Part shown: positions 12,341-24,318 of the stretch, in pieces | Layout of the letters: the number at the start of each line of letters is the position of its first letter | How positions within the stretch are numbered: position 1 is the stretch's first letter | Origin: Octopus sinensis | Taxonomy: Eukaryota | Assembly: GCF_006345805.1 (NCBI RefSeq) | Contig: NC_043003.1 | Span: forward strand, 9,982,001-10,046,000 | DNA length: 64,000 nt | Direction: 5' to 3' | Program-made: the position numbers and the translations under genes | Notes under the pieces: model-generated | The model's input: only the letters and a program-made list of their open reading frames with translations | Told to the model about the DNA's origin: nothing | The model's database searches: none

Positions 12341-14815
12341 TAACCAATGCTTCTCTCTCTCTCTATATATATATATGTATGCATGCGTACATGTATGTAT
12401 ATGAATAGAATAGATAAGGGGAATTAAGTGAGAGGGCGGGGAATCAATGTTTTGTCCATTCCTTTACAGCTGTTTCATAATCGTTTTAGTTATATAATAC
12501 ACATTACATTAACATCGGCACGTACATAAAATATACATATAAACCCATATATACAAGTGAGCTAAGAACTTGACAGAATAATCTTTGAAACTATTCATTG
12601 TAAACCAAAACGTCAACTATGTCTATATATATGTAATTATTTATGTATGTTTTGCAGAGTGTGTATGCAGTCTTTTTAATGATCTCGCCATTTCGCCATC
12701 AGTTTTGTATTATTTTCTCTGACTCAAACTCATTTCTATTATATCAGACTATTCTTCCATTTATAAAGGAGAGAATGGCAATTCGATAATTTTTATTATT
12801 TCTTTGTATTTTTTTATGACTGGTTCGTGTATGATTTTATTCGAAAGTGGTTACATGTGTCAATCATGGCGATTCTTATTATATTCGGTCGTTTCCAAAC
12901 ACGAATTCTCCGAAGTATCACGCCGACATTATTTCGCTTCAGTTCATAAAGCGATAGAATTAACGTTTAGATGATATAAATATTTCAGATGTATTTTATT
13001 AATATTTGGCAGCTATTTCGAATTTATTGATAATGTTTGGTTAAAGTATGGTCATGTAGTTGCGTACAATCGTATATACGCATTCATATGTAATATTTGT
13101 GCATCTCTCACTCCCTCTACCCCCACCTCTATCTTCATCTCTCTCGTGTACTTATGGAGAGATAACAGAAGAGTAAGAAATACCCAAGTTTCTATGATGT
13201 TGAAATTCATAACTTAGTTCCAATTACCGGTTGACAATTGTCTCCACTAACTTTACATTAGGAACCATTTTGAAGATTACTGTCACGATATATTTGGTTT
13301 TGTCTCCCTTAAACAAATATAAGGCATTGCGTGTTGTTCGTAAAGAAAATAATATGTTGAGAGATAGAATATAATTTGTTTACTTAAAATAATACGCTTT
13401 AAGTTGCTCCAGTTTGTTGGTTAATTAGATAAAGTGAAGTTTGTAAGACCTTACAAAATGATAAAAATGTACTATTATATAAGACCCCAGTGAGAGACGG
13501 AATAGCCATTATTTAACCAAGATGCTGGTTAAATGTTTAGACGAAGGGGAAAGGAATATAGGCAATGTTGCGGGATAAAATATAATGAAAAGGGATTAAA
13601 TGAGACTAAAACTCCAGGTCAAACAGATTAAGCAAACTTTACACTAAAGTTTGACCAACCGTTTTTAAGGATATCTGGTACTACATTGTGTAATGTAGCT
13701 GCTTCTTCTTCAAGATAGTAGGGCATGAATTGCGGTAATTTACCTACTATTTTAGGCAAGTTGAATGATCTATAGTCTCTTGAAGTGTTTCACTAGTAAA
13801 GCAGTTTGTATGAGAGTTAGTAAGGTGATCGATCTCATTAGAAGTAATATGAATAATATTATTAAACAAGAATAACAGCTAACAGTGGTCAGCCACAAAT
13901 TATTTGGTAATGGTCAACCACAAGTTATTTTGAATGAGTCGATTTTTTTGTTTGATTTATTACGAAAGCAAATTATTTAGTTACTTTCATTGTATGATAA
14001 AAATATGACCAAGATATAAGTTCATAAAAGTTGTCAGTAACATAAACAAAAATGGCTTTAATGGCAGACTGAGTTATGTAGGAATTCCGCTTGCAGAGAA
14101 TTCACATCCCGGTCAATGACATTTACCAGCAAAGCTACAGTGAGTTGAAATAGATCTAAAACATGTTTGCTTGTGTTACGAAATTATTTGTCATACGTTT
14201 TAGAACCTTACATTTAAATTTTAATTTTAATGCTAAAAATGGATTACTTCCGCCTCCACAAATGGAAAGAAAGAACTCTGTTGAATGCATGATCATGTAC
14301 TACCAACTAGAAATGAAGAAAAGTTAGTTGAATAGGAAAAAATACAACACTAATAGCTTGAACTATGATAACGAAATGTTTCTTGGCTAGAAGTGTTATA
14401 TCTAGCAGCAAAAGCAGAGCACAAGATATTAATACAAATAATGCAATAAGGTTATTCGCTCAATTCCAACTGTAGCTAACTTTAAAAACTTACACCTGTG
14501 AATTTCAATTTTCTAATATATAAATCCAATTCCTACGCTACAAACACACTAGGCGGCGTCCTAACAGAGCCACAGCCTCTAACTGAAACAAGTAAATGTG
14601 ATATATACGTTACGCGTATGATTGGAAGCGATAGGGGGCGAATTTCATAAATTCTCAGGAATTTTCTATCTTTTTTGTTTGTTTGTTACAAAAGCTATTT
14701 TAATACAAGATATGCTTGCAAATCTAGCATTTTATTACTTCAAAAGTTCACATTCGGGTTTTGTAATTATTACTCTGATATGTGTGAACAAAAATAAACT
14801 AATGTCCCTTTAGTC

Positions 14816-15346
14816 CAGAGGTCACCAAACTTTTTTTACAGAGGGCCAGGTAACTGAGAGAATGACGATAGTGGGCCGCATAACAATTTTTTGTTCAATA
14901 TAGTACAGTGAATATACAAAACATAAAGACTACCAACATAGTTATTTACCAAAAATTTATCAAAGAAAGCGGCGTTAACAATAAGATAGTTATATAACGC
15001 CCAATGCGCACATAATATTACAAATTAAGCAGCAAAAAGGGTTGATGAGATTTGCAAAACTGGTGTTTAGCTTTTAAGATATCATCAATATTTGCTTTAG
15101 AATTGCTGCATCCAACCAAGAGAATTACTTTCAAAAGTTCATCCGTCAACCTCGTTCGATGTGCTGACTTCACATTCTTCAATATTGAAAACGTTTGCTC
15201 ACAGACATACGTTGTTCCAAACACTGATGCCTTAGCAGAGGCAAATGAACTCTCATTGCAGGTACTTACACAAAAGGTACAGTGCGGAGGGCCGCTTGAA
15301 CTGACCTCATGGGCCAGATCCGGCCCGCGGACCGTAGATGGCCGAC
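14816..15346 (-). mobile_element. Internally deleted hAT (Buster/SPIN-like) element with dimerisation-domain remnant
   Basis: VFGTTYVCEQTFSILKNVKSAHRTRLTDELL is an hAT C-terminal motif; ends CAGAGGTCACCAAACTTTT and GGCCCGCGGACCGTAGATGGCCGAC (second end degraded). Confidence 0.85.
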
Positions 15347-16485
15347 ATAAATTTTGCAATTTGGCTGCAATTTATACAAGCAACCAGATTTTGGAGGCAT
15401 TTTGTCAGGGGCCGATATTGATTTTAATTAATATCTTCGAAAGATCTTTGGATAATTGATTCTAAACAAAGTGTCAGTGAATCAATTTAAAATTGAAAAT
15501 AGTGTAGTTGCGTACAATGTCATAACAGACAGAAACCAGATTGATTGGAACTAAGTTACCTCAATACAATTGGTGTTCTGACCCACAGAGTATCTATTTA
15601 CCCTATCTCTCGCTCTTATAATCTCTCTTTCTCTTTCCATCCGTCTGCCCTCTATCACTCGCGCTCTCTCCCTCTCTGTTTATTGTCTCTCTCTTTCTTT
15701 CTGTCTCTTTCTGTCCCTTTCCTACCTCTACCGCAGAGCCCTCTGCCACTCGTAGCAAGCTAGTGTTGTGTTGGCTAAATTAAACCATCCCGACACATTC
15801 ATCTCCCCACCTCCTCTCTCGTTACCCATATTTTCACCATCCCCAGACGCCATCCACCGCTGTTACTTGTCTCACTTCCCAGAACGTCATTCCTCTGAAA
15901 TTTTCTCTTGGCCCAAGTTTTCCTGGATTAGCCTACTTTTAGCTATTCACGAAAAATATCAAACGCATATATATCCAGATTCCCAACAGATTACATTCTT
16001 GGAGACTAAACACAAAACATCAGTGAATATAGTCGATATAATGTAAGAGAAATGAAATTCAACGAGGAAGGCAGTGGTGTGCGTCGGCAACACTAGTTGA
16101 GTTAAAATGAGATAGTTTGCGGCAGTCCAAGCTATAATCGTGAGAAAGAAACCAGAGTTTCTTCTGCATACGCAACTAAACTTGTAGACCCCAGAGCACA
16201 TCTTAGATTTATCTAATTCACTGAACCACTTCTAGCATTTCAAATTTAAGTACTTTCGTCAAGGATACAAAACCGTGCAAATTGACAAGCTTCAGGAGGT
16301 TTTCGTTCGTCAAGCTAACTACTAAATTGTATTCACCTCACTACATCAAGTGTCACACAGGTACATCTTGTACGTTTTGAATATTTTCATTTTCTGAATA
16401 TGTAAATGCACCATTGCCACTTGTACATGTTTCAGAAATGTGTGTTATCTCCCCTCCTTAAAGCATTCTTTCATTTGGAGGTATC

Positions 16486-16540
<55 letters not shown>

Positions 16541-17726
16541 CTTCAATTGTACACATCAAAACTTAATTTCAGACAAAAGCGCACTTGATCGTGATTTTCA
16601 TTTCTTCATAATATTCAGGGGATTAGAAATCTGAATTTGAAAGTAAAGAATAATTAATATTCATAGAAATGAAAGATTTATTTATTTATTTTTTATATTT
16701 CTTTTTACGAAGGTCTTAAAATTTCCAATCGATGATGGAGATATTGTGATCTACACTAATTGTGCCACTACTGCTAACACTCTGTAACCGAACTTAAACA
16801 TTGCAGAAAGATCAGGTGTGGTGGTAATGGCCGCAATGATTGCCTGTATATTCTGTAGATTATACACCTATATATCATTGGCAATATTGTTAGATATTAT
16901 TCCTGTATATTCCTGTATACCTGAGCTAGTGTAATTTAGATACAATGCATCATCTTGAGATTGGATTCATTATTTCATTGCTTTATATTTTACCCTCTCG
17001 TCCATTTTAATCCTCAGGAAATGCAATTTTATACAAAGTACTAGAAACAACGTAGAAATCAAGACACAAGAATACGACCGTCGTAGTATCAAATGTAAAA
17101 TGACATGTATTAGTGGTAGAAGTTAAATATTCTGCTAAATATAAATAAACTCTGACACTAAAACAGGCTTACATTCACCTAGACTGAACTTACGTAGAAT
17201 AAGAAAGTAAGAATTTTCGATTAATCAATAGGAGGAAAATATCACACACCACTTTCCCGCAGTTCATATTACCAATATATTTTATACGTCGAAATCATGG
17301 TTCTTTGAAAATGTCGAATAAAAATATAGACACAAGAATGGCTGTGTGGTAAGGAAATTGTTTCTAATTGCATAGTTTCGTGTCAAATCCCAGTGTTGTA
17401 CTTTGTACAAGTCTCTTACATAATATATGTAATCGTACAAATTGGATCATCCTTGATTAAGGTGATGATGGTATTGAGTGAACGTAAGTTCATTTTTGCA
17501 TCATTATGTTCCCAGATATGGCCGTCGGATGTGAACCCCTGGATGTTATACGTTTAAATGGAGATTTTTTATATACCTAGATTTTAAGCAAGTTACAAAA
17601 ATTTTGGATTTACAATATGTTATATTTTAATTTCGCATTTTAATTCATTTTTAAAAGTAAGTATGACTATTTTCGTACAGTTCTAATGTACTTTTAATTT
17701 ATATTTATATCTATATATTTTTAACG

Positions 17727-18045
17727 TATTCGTTTGTCTGTCCTTGTTTGTCCCCTCTATGTTCAGCCCCTTGTGGGTAGTAAAGAAATAGGTATTTCGT
17801 CCGTCTGTATATTCTAAGTTCAGATTCCACCGAGGTCGACTTTGCCTTTCATTCTTTCGGTGTCGATAAAAATAAGTAGCACGTGAGCACTGGAGTTGCT
17901 GTATCAACTCAACCCCTCCCCCGAAATTTCTGTCCTCGTGCGAAAATTTTAAAATCAATATTTTTATCTCACTTTCTTTATCGTGTCTCGTGTGGTGTTC
18001 TACAGCTGCAACATAATCCTGTTTATGTGTGTGTGTGTGGTGTGT
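17727..18045 (+). mobile_element. 5'-truncated SINE-A dimer plus about 100 bp of shared 3' flank (inverted copy of 45830-46140)
   Basis: About 97% identity by eye over about 310 bp, including non-SINE sequence. Confidence 0.85.
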
Positions 18046-18311
18046 GTGTGTGTGTGTGTGTGTGTGTGGTGTATGTATGTATTTTTAGCACATAATCTGG
18101 TACATATGATTTTAAGAAGTGAATATATTTTGGTAACTTATCCTTTGTCTCTCTTCAATATTTCTCTATTTTTCTGTTGTCCAGTCACACTGAGCGCTTC
18201 GATATGACCACTATACACACACACATACATATATATATATACATATAAACACACAAACACACATATATATATATATGCATACACACACATATATATATAT
18301 ATAATATATAT

Positions 18312-18404
<93 letters not shown>

Positions 18405-18434
18405 CGTGTGTGTATATACATGCATACGTAAGTA

Positions 18435-18560
18435 CACATACCAATGTAGGCTGTATTGAAATACAGACAGAAGAGAAAGGGGCCACGGTGGAGATACTAT
18501 GTACATCCGTGAAGATGTCACACCTCTTTTATTACTGTCACATTCAAACTCAGTTTTACC
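18435..18560 (+). mobile_element. Isolated CR1-type AP-endonuclease fragment
   Basis: Translates as [31 protein letters not shown], matching the R.DR..R..GGV..Y motif of LINE AP endonucleases. Confidence 0.7.
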
Positions 18561-19534
18561 TGAAATCTCCAGGGACTTGAGTAGAAAGGTAACGTCACTG
18601 CTAACGTCCAAAATAGCAACGTATTCTATTCTGATCCAATGCATTTACTAGAATTGACAACAGGCTTATGTACAATTGAAATATTAACGGGCTGGAGGTT
18701 AATAGAAACACTACACGTTCGTGAACGTTAACTCTGAAGGTAAATTCCTTTGCATGTACAGATGTGAACATATATAAAGCATGCATGTCTTTGTGCCTCT
18801 GCTTGTGTTTGTTTCGTGTGTCTGTTTAGATCTTCATGAGTAAGTATATTACATGTTCACATGTGCAGCCGTTTGTATGTGCGTGCGTTCAGATTTCCCT
18901 GCATGAACAGAACTGATAATTCTCAAGTAAAACTGGATAGTAATTTATGAAGAAACATAAATTCATTTGAGGCGAGAAGAACAAAAAGTAAATTTCTTAC
19001 ATTTTAGCGAGGGAAAAAAAAGAAGTTTCTTGATGGAGAATAAAATGTTTGGATGAGAATAGCCAGCAAGAACCTAGAAGCGCTTCAAGAACTGAGAAAA
19101 TAGAAATTTAACAAGAAGCAATAATGTAAGTGAATGCAATAAAAATATTTAAAAACTTGCAGGTTAGAGGAATTGTTGAATCAATTTACTGTTCCCTCTG
19201 ATTGGATTTATATAATATAATTAAGATTTTCTATGAATAGACTTGGGAATTCAAGTGTAATTTTGTGACAAAAATTCCGTATTCCAAAATTCTCAGCGCA
19301 AATGCATTATTCCTTAATTTTTTTTTATCTCTTCCTTTTATTGACATTATGATATTCTCATCAAGTTTAAAAAGATAAACGAGAGAAGGTTAAAAAGAAA
19401 AGACAAAACTATAAAAACAGTGCCAGACAGAAGAGAGCGCGCGTCAGATGATTAACTTAATGCTTCACAAATTAATCTCAGTTAAAATTGGAAGTTAGAA
19501 ACAGGAAAAATACAGACTGAAAAAGTTGGCATCT

Positions 19535-19875
19535 ATATGGCTGCGTGGTAAGATGTTTACTCCCGGACCACGGGGCTTCGATTTTAGTCCCACTGTGTGG
19601 CACCTTGTGTGGGAGTCTTATACTGTAGACTCGGGATGAGCAAAGCCTTGCGAGTGGATTTGGAATATGGAAAATTAAAAAAGCTCCTTGTACATACGTG
19701 TGTGTGTTTGTGTGTGTGCTTGGGTCTGTTTCTACTGTTTGACAAACGGGGATGCCTTATTTATCTCCCTTAACTAAACAGCTAAGTGAAAGAGGAAGAT
19801 AAAATAACTACCAGACTTTAAAAAAAACATATGTAGTCGGCGCCAATGACTGAAACAAGTAAAATATAAAAGGTA
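19535..19875 (+). mobile_element. Degenerate SINE family B copy
   Basis: GGCTGCGTGGTAAG head, GTCCCACTGTGTGGCACCTTG, 3' GACTGAAACAAGTAAAA. Confidence 0.75.
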
Positions 19876-22652
19876 AGAACAAAACATATGTTGCAGATAT
19901 ATCTGTTGTACAAGTACAATTATCAACCGGTTAAAATTACGAGCAACAAAAAGTAGAAATTTAAGAAATGGGTGGGGGATTAAAATTTTGAAATATTTTT
20001 TTTACTTTATCAGATTCGAAATCTCCGCCATCGGTATAGTGTGTTCCCGTAAAATAAAATATAATAAAATCCCAAAGGGGTCCATGATCTTTACCTCCGC
20101 CAACTCCTCTGTACGTGGTTGATTTTAATGACATGGATATTAAATTTTAATTGAAAATATTCAAGGAAAATGCACCAAACCCTCCATAGTAACTCGGGTA
20201 AATACCGGAAGCATTTTACGGTTATTAAATAGCGGAGTAAACAATGGTGCGCACTTGATGGACACTTGATATGCACTCGATGCACACTTGGCTCCGAAAG
20301 ATTGCTAAAAATATTTCTCTAGAAGCTAATTGATGTAGAAATTAATTCAGGATGCCTTCATTATAATTTAACTTGGGTATTGGTGTAATAGTAGCAATAA
20401 CTGTGAATAACAGTGAATATACGAATGAGGAATAAATTTTCTGCGTACATTTAATTGGCAAACTGACTAACGAATATAATATATTCAACATTCGTATTAT
20501 TAATTTATATTACAAAATTATAAATATCATAATTATGAATTAAGATCATTTGGAACTATGCACTATCTTGCATCACATTTGATATTGTCTTTCCTAATTT
20601 TGAATTATATCTCGAGAAAATCCTTCTCATTAAACATATTTTATCAATTAGCTCTATACCAAGTTTATCAAGAAGATCTATGCACGTTACGTAAGCCTTA
20701 AGTAACGTATTGTACCGATATATTTGTTAATGAGTGAGATCTCTATGTGGACGAACAAACTACGAGAAACAGGAGTCACAAAACTTCTACGCTATAAAAA
20801 AGAAGTACATATTGAATGTTGCATATACATGTACTCTGTATTTATGTATATATGTTTAAGTGTGTATGTGTGTTCTTTCAGTCATTTAAAATTTTTATAC
20901 CTTTACATACAAATGCATATTTACACATTGTCACATACACACACATACATAAAGACACTTACACATATTCATAAACACTAATGACTTTTCTATAATTAGG
21001 AATGCTATTTCAATTAATTAAAAATTGTTTTCGGTTCACCACGCGAAATTAGCTACATAGATGTCTGTAAGTATAATTATTTCATATACATACATTCCCT
21101 CACTCACACACACACGCACATATGATAAATATATACAATGAGAGAGAGAGAAGAGACAGAGTTGAGTGAAGTGTGTGTGTGTGTGTGAGTGCATTTATGA
21201 ATCATTATGAATATATGATATAATGCCGAGTTTGTCCGTCTATAGAAAATATGTGAATTGTAAGCTAAAAGCAATTTATAGATTGATCTAGAGACGCTAA
21301 AATATTGACTGGAAGAAACTTTTAATGCATTCCTACAGCAGATGAGTAACATAAATTAATTAAAACTGTGCTCGTTAAACTAACTTCAGCTCATAATTTT
21401 TTTCATTTATAAAGTTGACATTTTCCTCATTGTTTTAGGTCATTTTTTTTTCCTACTGGAAGAAGAAACATTATGATGATTAATATATTTTGAAAGTGTG
21501 GCGACGCAGCATGTGAACGTCTTTATTACAAAAATAGAGATGCAAATGAAATTGTACATTGGACATAGAAGCTGAAATAATGTGAAAAGACAAAGAAACT
21601 TGTTTTCAAAACGGTTTACCCGTGAAATGTGCAGTTACAATCAGTTCTGAAATCACGCATCGTCGAACAACTATCATAAGCATAGAAATAATGTAAAATA
21701 TCATCAATAAAAATACAATAAAAATACATGAGTTTTAATGTCTGCAACAGCAGTGAATATATCCGACGTCTAAAACGGTAGCAAATGAATGAATTCAATG
21801 TCCACAATAAGAAGAAGAAAATGAGAAATCAAACGAGTAGCAAAACTAGACTGGAAGACAGATTAATAATTTCCCCTGTTAGAAGACGGCCTCAACTATT
21901 GAAGAGAAACATTGAGTCAATCTCAAAGGTCTCAGAGTGCAAACAGCATTACTAGTCGAAGCTCCTGCCTCTAGCTCATCTCCGTCTCAAGTAAAAAATA
22001 TATAGAGACGTGTATAGTCGACTGAAATTAAATTACCTCAGTACAGGAAGCAGCAAGCTCGCTTGCTATGCCACATTGCGGAAATATTTATAGAATTTAT
22101 GTGCTTCTGGCTGATTTCAAAATGACATCAAGAAAAAAGTTGCAACGCATTGATCTATGCTTGTGGTTTGTCAAATGTTGCTCTCGGAATATCAGCAATG
22201 CGAAATGTCACCTTTCAGTAAGTAAATTACCATCCCAGTGGTGCAATGGGCATTGTGTGTGGTTACTATATTTTGTATATTTAACACAGTCCAATGCATA
22301 TAAATAAATATACATTGATGATAAAAAAAAATGAATAAACATTTGATGGATGGATGATGCAATTCAAGTATATAACACAGAACAGAAAATATAAGAAATA
22401 AAGCATTTTATATACTTGCTTATTGATTCGTTGAGCAGAAGTCCATGGATCGCAACTCTGCTCTGTTAATAAATGGTAACTGTTTTGAATAACTATACAT
22501 TGCAACTGGTGGGAAGGTGATTCATTCCAGGAATCTACTTAACGGTGGAAGCTGAGGATAAGGATCGTCGCAGGTCGCATAGAGAGTGCGGGAGAAGCTT
22601 CACATGCACATGACCTGCCCAAAGACAGATCACCACTAGAAATCGCATCTAC

Positions 22653-23066
22653 AGGCGGCGAGCTGGCAGACGCGTTAGCACGCCGGGCGAAATGCGTAGC
22701 CGTATTTCGTCTGCAATTACGTTCTGGGTTCAAATGCTGCTGAGGTTGACTTTGCCTTTCATCTTTTCGGGGTCGATAAATTAAGTACCAGTTACACGCT
22801 GGGGTCGATATAATCGACGTAGTCCGTTTGTCTGTCCTTGTTCGTCCTCTCTGTGTTTAGCCCCTTCTGGGTAGTAAAGAAATAGGTATTTCGACTGCTG
22901 TTACGTTCAGAGTTCAAATTCCGCCGAGGTCGACTTTGCCTTTCATCCTTTCGGGGTCGATAAATAAAGTACCAGTCGCGTACTGGGATCGATAAATTCG
23001 ACTTAATCCGTTTGTCTGTCCTTGTTTGCCCTCTGTGTGTAGCCCCTTGTGGGCAGTAAAGAAACA
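22653..23066 (+). mobile_element. SINE-A dimer (full unit plus headless unit, both tail type 1)
   Basis: Junction AGAAATA|GGTATTTCG at 22884/22885; flanked by AGAAATC(G/A)CATCT at 22638-22650 and 23067-23079. Confidence 0.9.
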
Positions 23067-24020
23067 AGAAATCACATCTGTGTTGTCTACAAATATATCA
23101 ACCATACAAATGTATATGCAACAGAAAAGTAGTCACCAACTGACCGGGGTACACCTAGACTTATGTTGTATAGTGGACAGAGACAACAGAAATCTTTCGC
23201 TTAGTATATAGGATCCGGCGAAAAATTGTCATCATTAGTACTTCCAGACATTGCCCAAGGGATGATGTCGGAAAGAATAGCCCCTTTATGACTTGTCCCA
23301 GGAACTTGTAACTGCTGATTTGAATCTTTGTCAGATCAACTTTTCTTTTATACATTATCGAACCAATCAGAATTTGGGATAAATCTAATTGAATGCCATA
23401 CATGTGATGTTTTATTTCTTATACTATAAATCAATATATATTTTTTAACAAGGTGATTGATTGGAAAAATCCATAGAGTGACAGAGAAAATAACTAATGG
23501 TATTTACTTTCCCACTTTAATCTCTGATTTCAAATTCATACGACTTTACCCTTTCATTTCAAATTCATGCATTTGGTTCTACTGTGTGGAAATATATATT
23601 AGTTGAGTTCTGAAATCTATCTAATTGTCTTTTTTTCTTCTCTGCATTTCAAATATTCTGCCTACGTGAAAACAAAAATATTGAACTTAAATGTTACTAA
23701 GTTCCACTTTGACTTTCATCATTGCTGGATCGATCAGACCATTTGCATACAATTTGCATTCGTGTACTTGTTAGAATTCAACATTCTTTTGTTACATAAG
23801 AATGTTTGACTCGGCAAAATTTGAACTCAGTACGTAGCAGAACAAAGCTAAATGCTCTGGAATATTTTGTAATCTAAGACTTATAGTTTTTGTTATATCA
23901 ATTTAAACAGGTGAAAATTATACAAAATACCACTCTCTAGAATAGCCCCACCCCAAATTAGACTGTAATAAAACGCAATCTAGAGAGTTGCTTGATATTG
24001 CATATACTTTGATAGTTATC

Positions 24021-24236
24021 TATTTATTTACTACCCACAGAGAGGATAAAGAAGGACAGACAAACGGATTAAGTCGATTACATCGACCCCAGTGCGTAAC
24101 TGGTACTTAATTTATCGATCCCGAAAGGATGAAAGCAAAGTCGACCTTGGCAGAATTTGAAATCAGAACGTAACGGCAGACGAAATAAGGCTAAGCATTT
24201 CGCCCGGCGTGCTAACGTTTCTGCCAGCTCGCCGCC
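24021..24236 (-). mobile_element. SINE family A, tail type 1 (3' part of tRNA-SINE composite)
   Basis: Full head GGCGGCGAGCTGGCAGAAACGTTAGCACGCCGGGCGAAATGC through tail GTGGGTAGTAAATAAATA. Confidence 0.92.
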
Positions 24237-24247
24237 ATCGTTAACGT

Positions 24248-24318
24248 CTCCTCGGCGGGGAATCGAACCCGGCCTCCCGCGTGACAGGCGGGGATACTTA
24301 CCACGAAACTACCAAGGA
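24248..24318 (-). tRNA. tRNA-Asp(GTC)-like sequence, probably a retroposed pseudogene
   Basis: TCCTTGGTAGTTTCGTGGTAAGTATCCCCGCCTGTCACGCGGGAGGCCGGGTTCGATTCCCCGCCGAGGAG. Acceptor stem pairs fully (one wobble) and anticodon arm CCCGC-CTGTCAC-GCGGG is perfect. D-arm has substitutions, T-stem has a mismatch or 1-nt deletion, and no T-run terminator follows. Confidence 0.85.

Noticed and set aside
19930-20230. Possible decayed Helitron or DINE-like element
   Set aside because: Only a vague resemblance to the 3' hairpin; no CTAG end and no second copy in the window.
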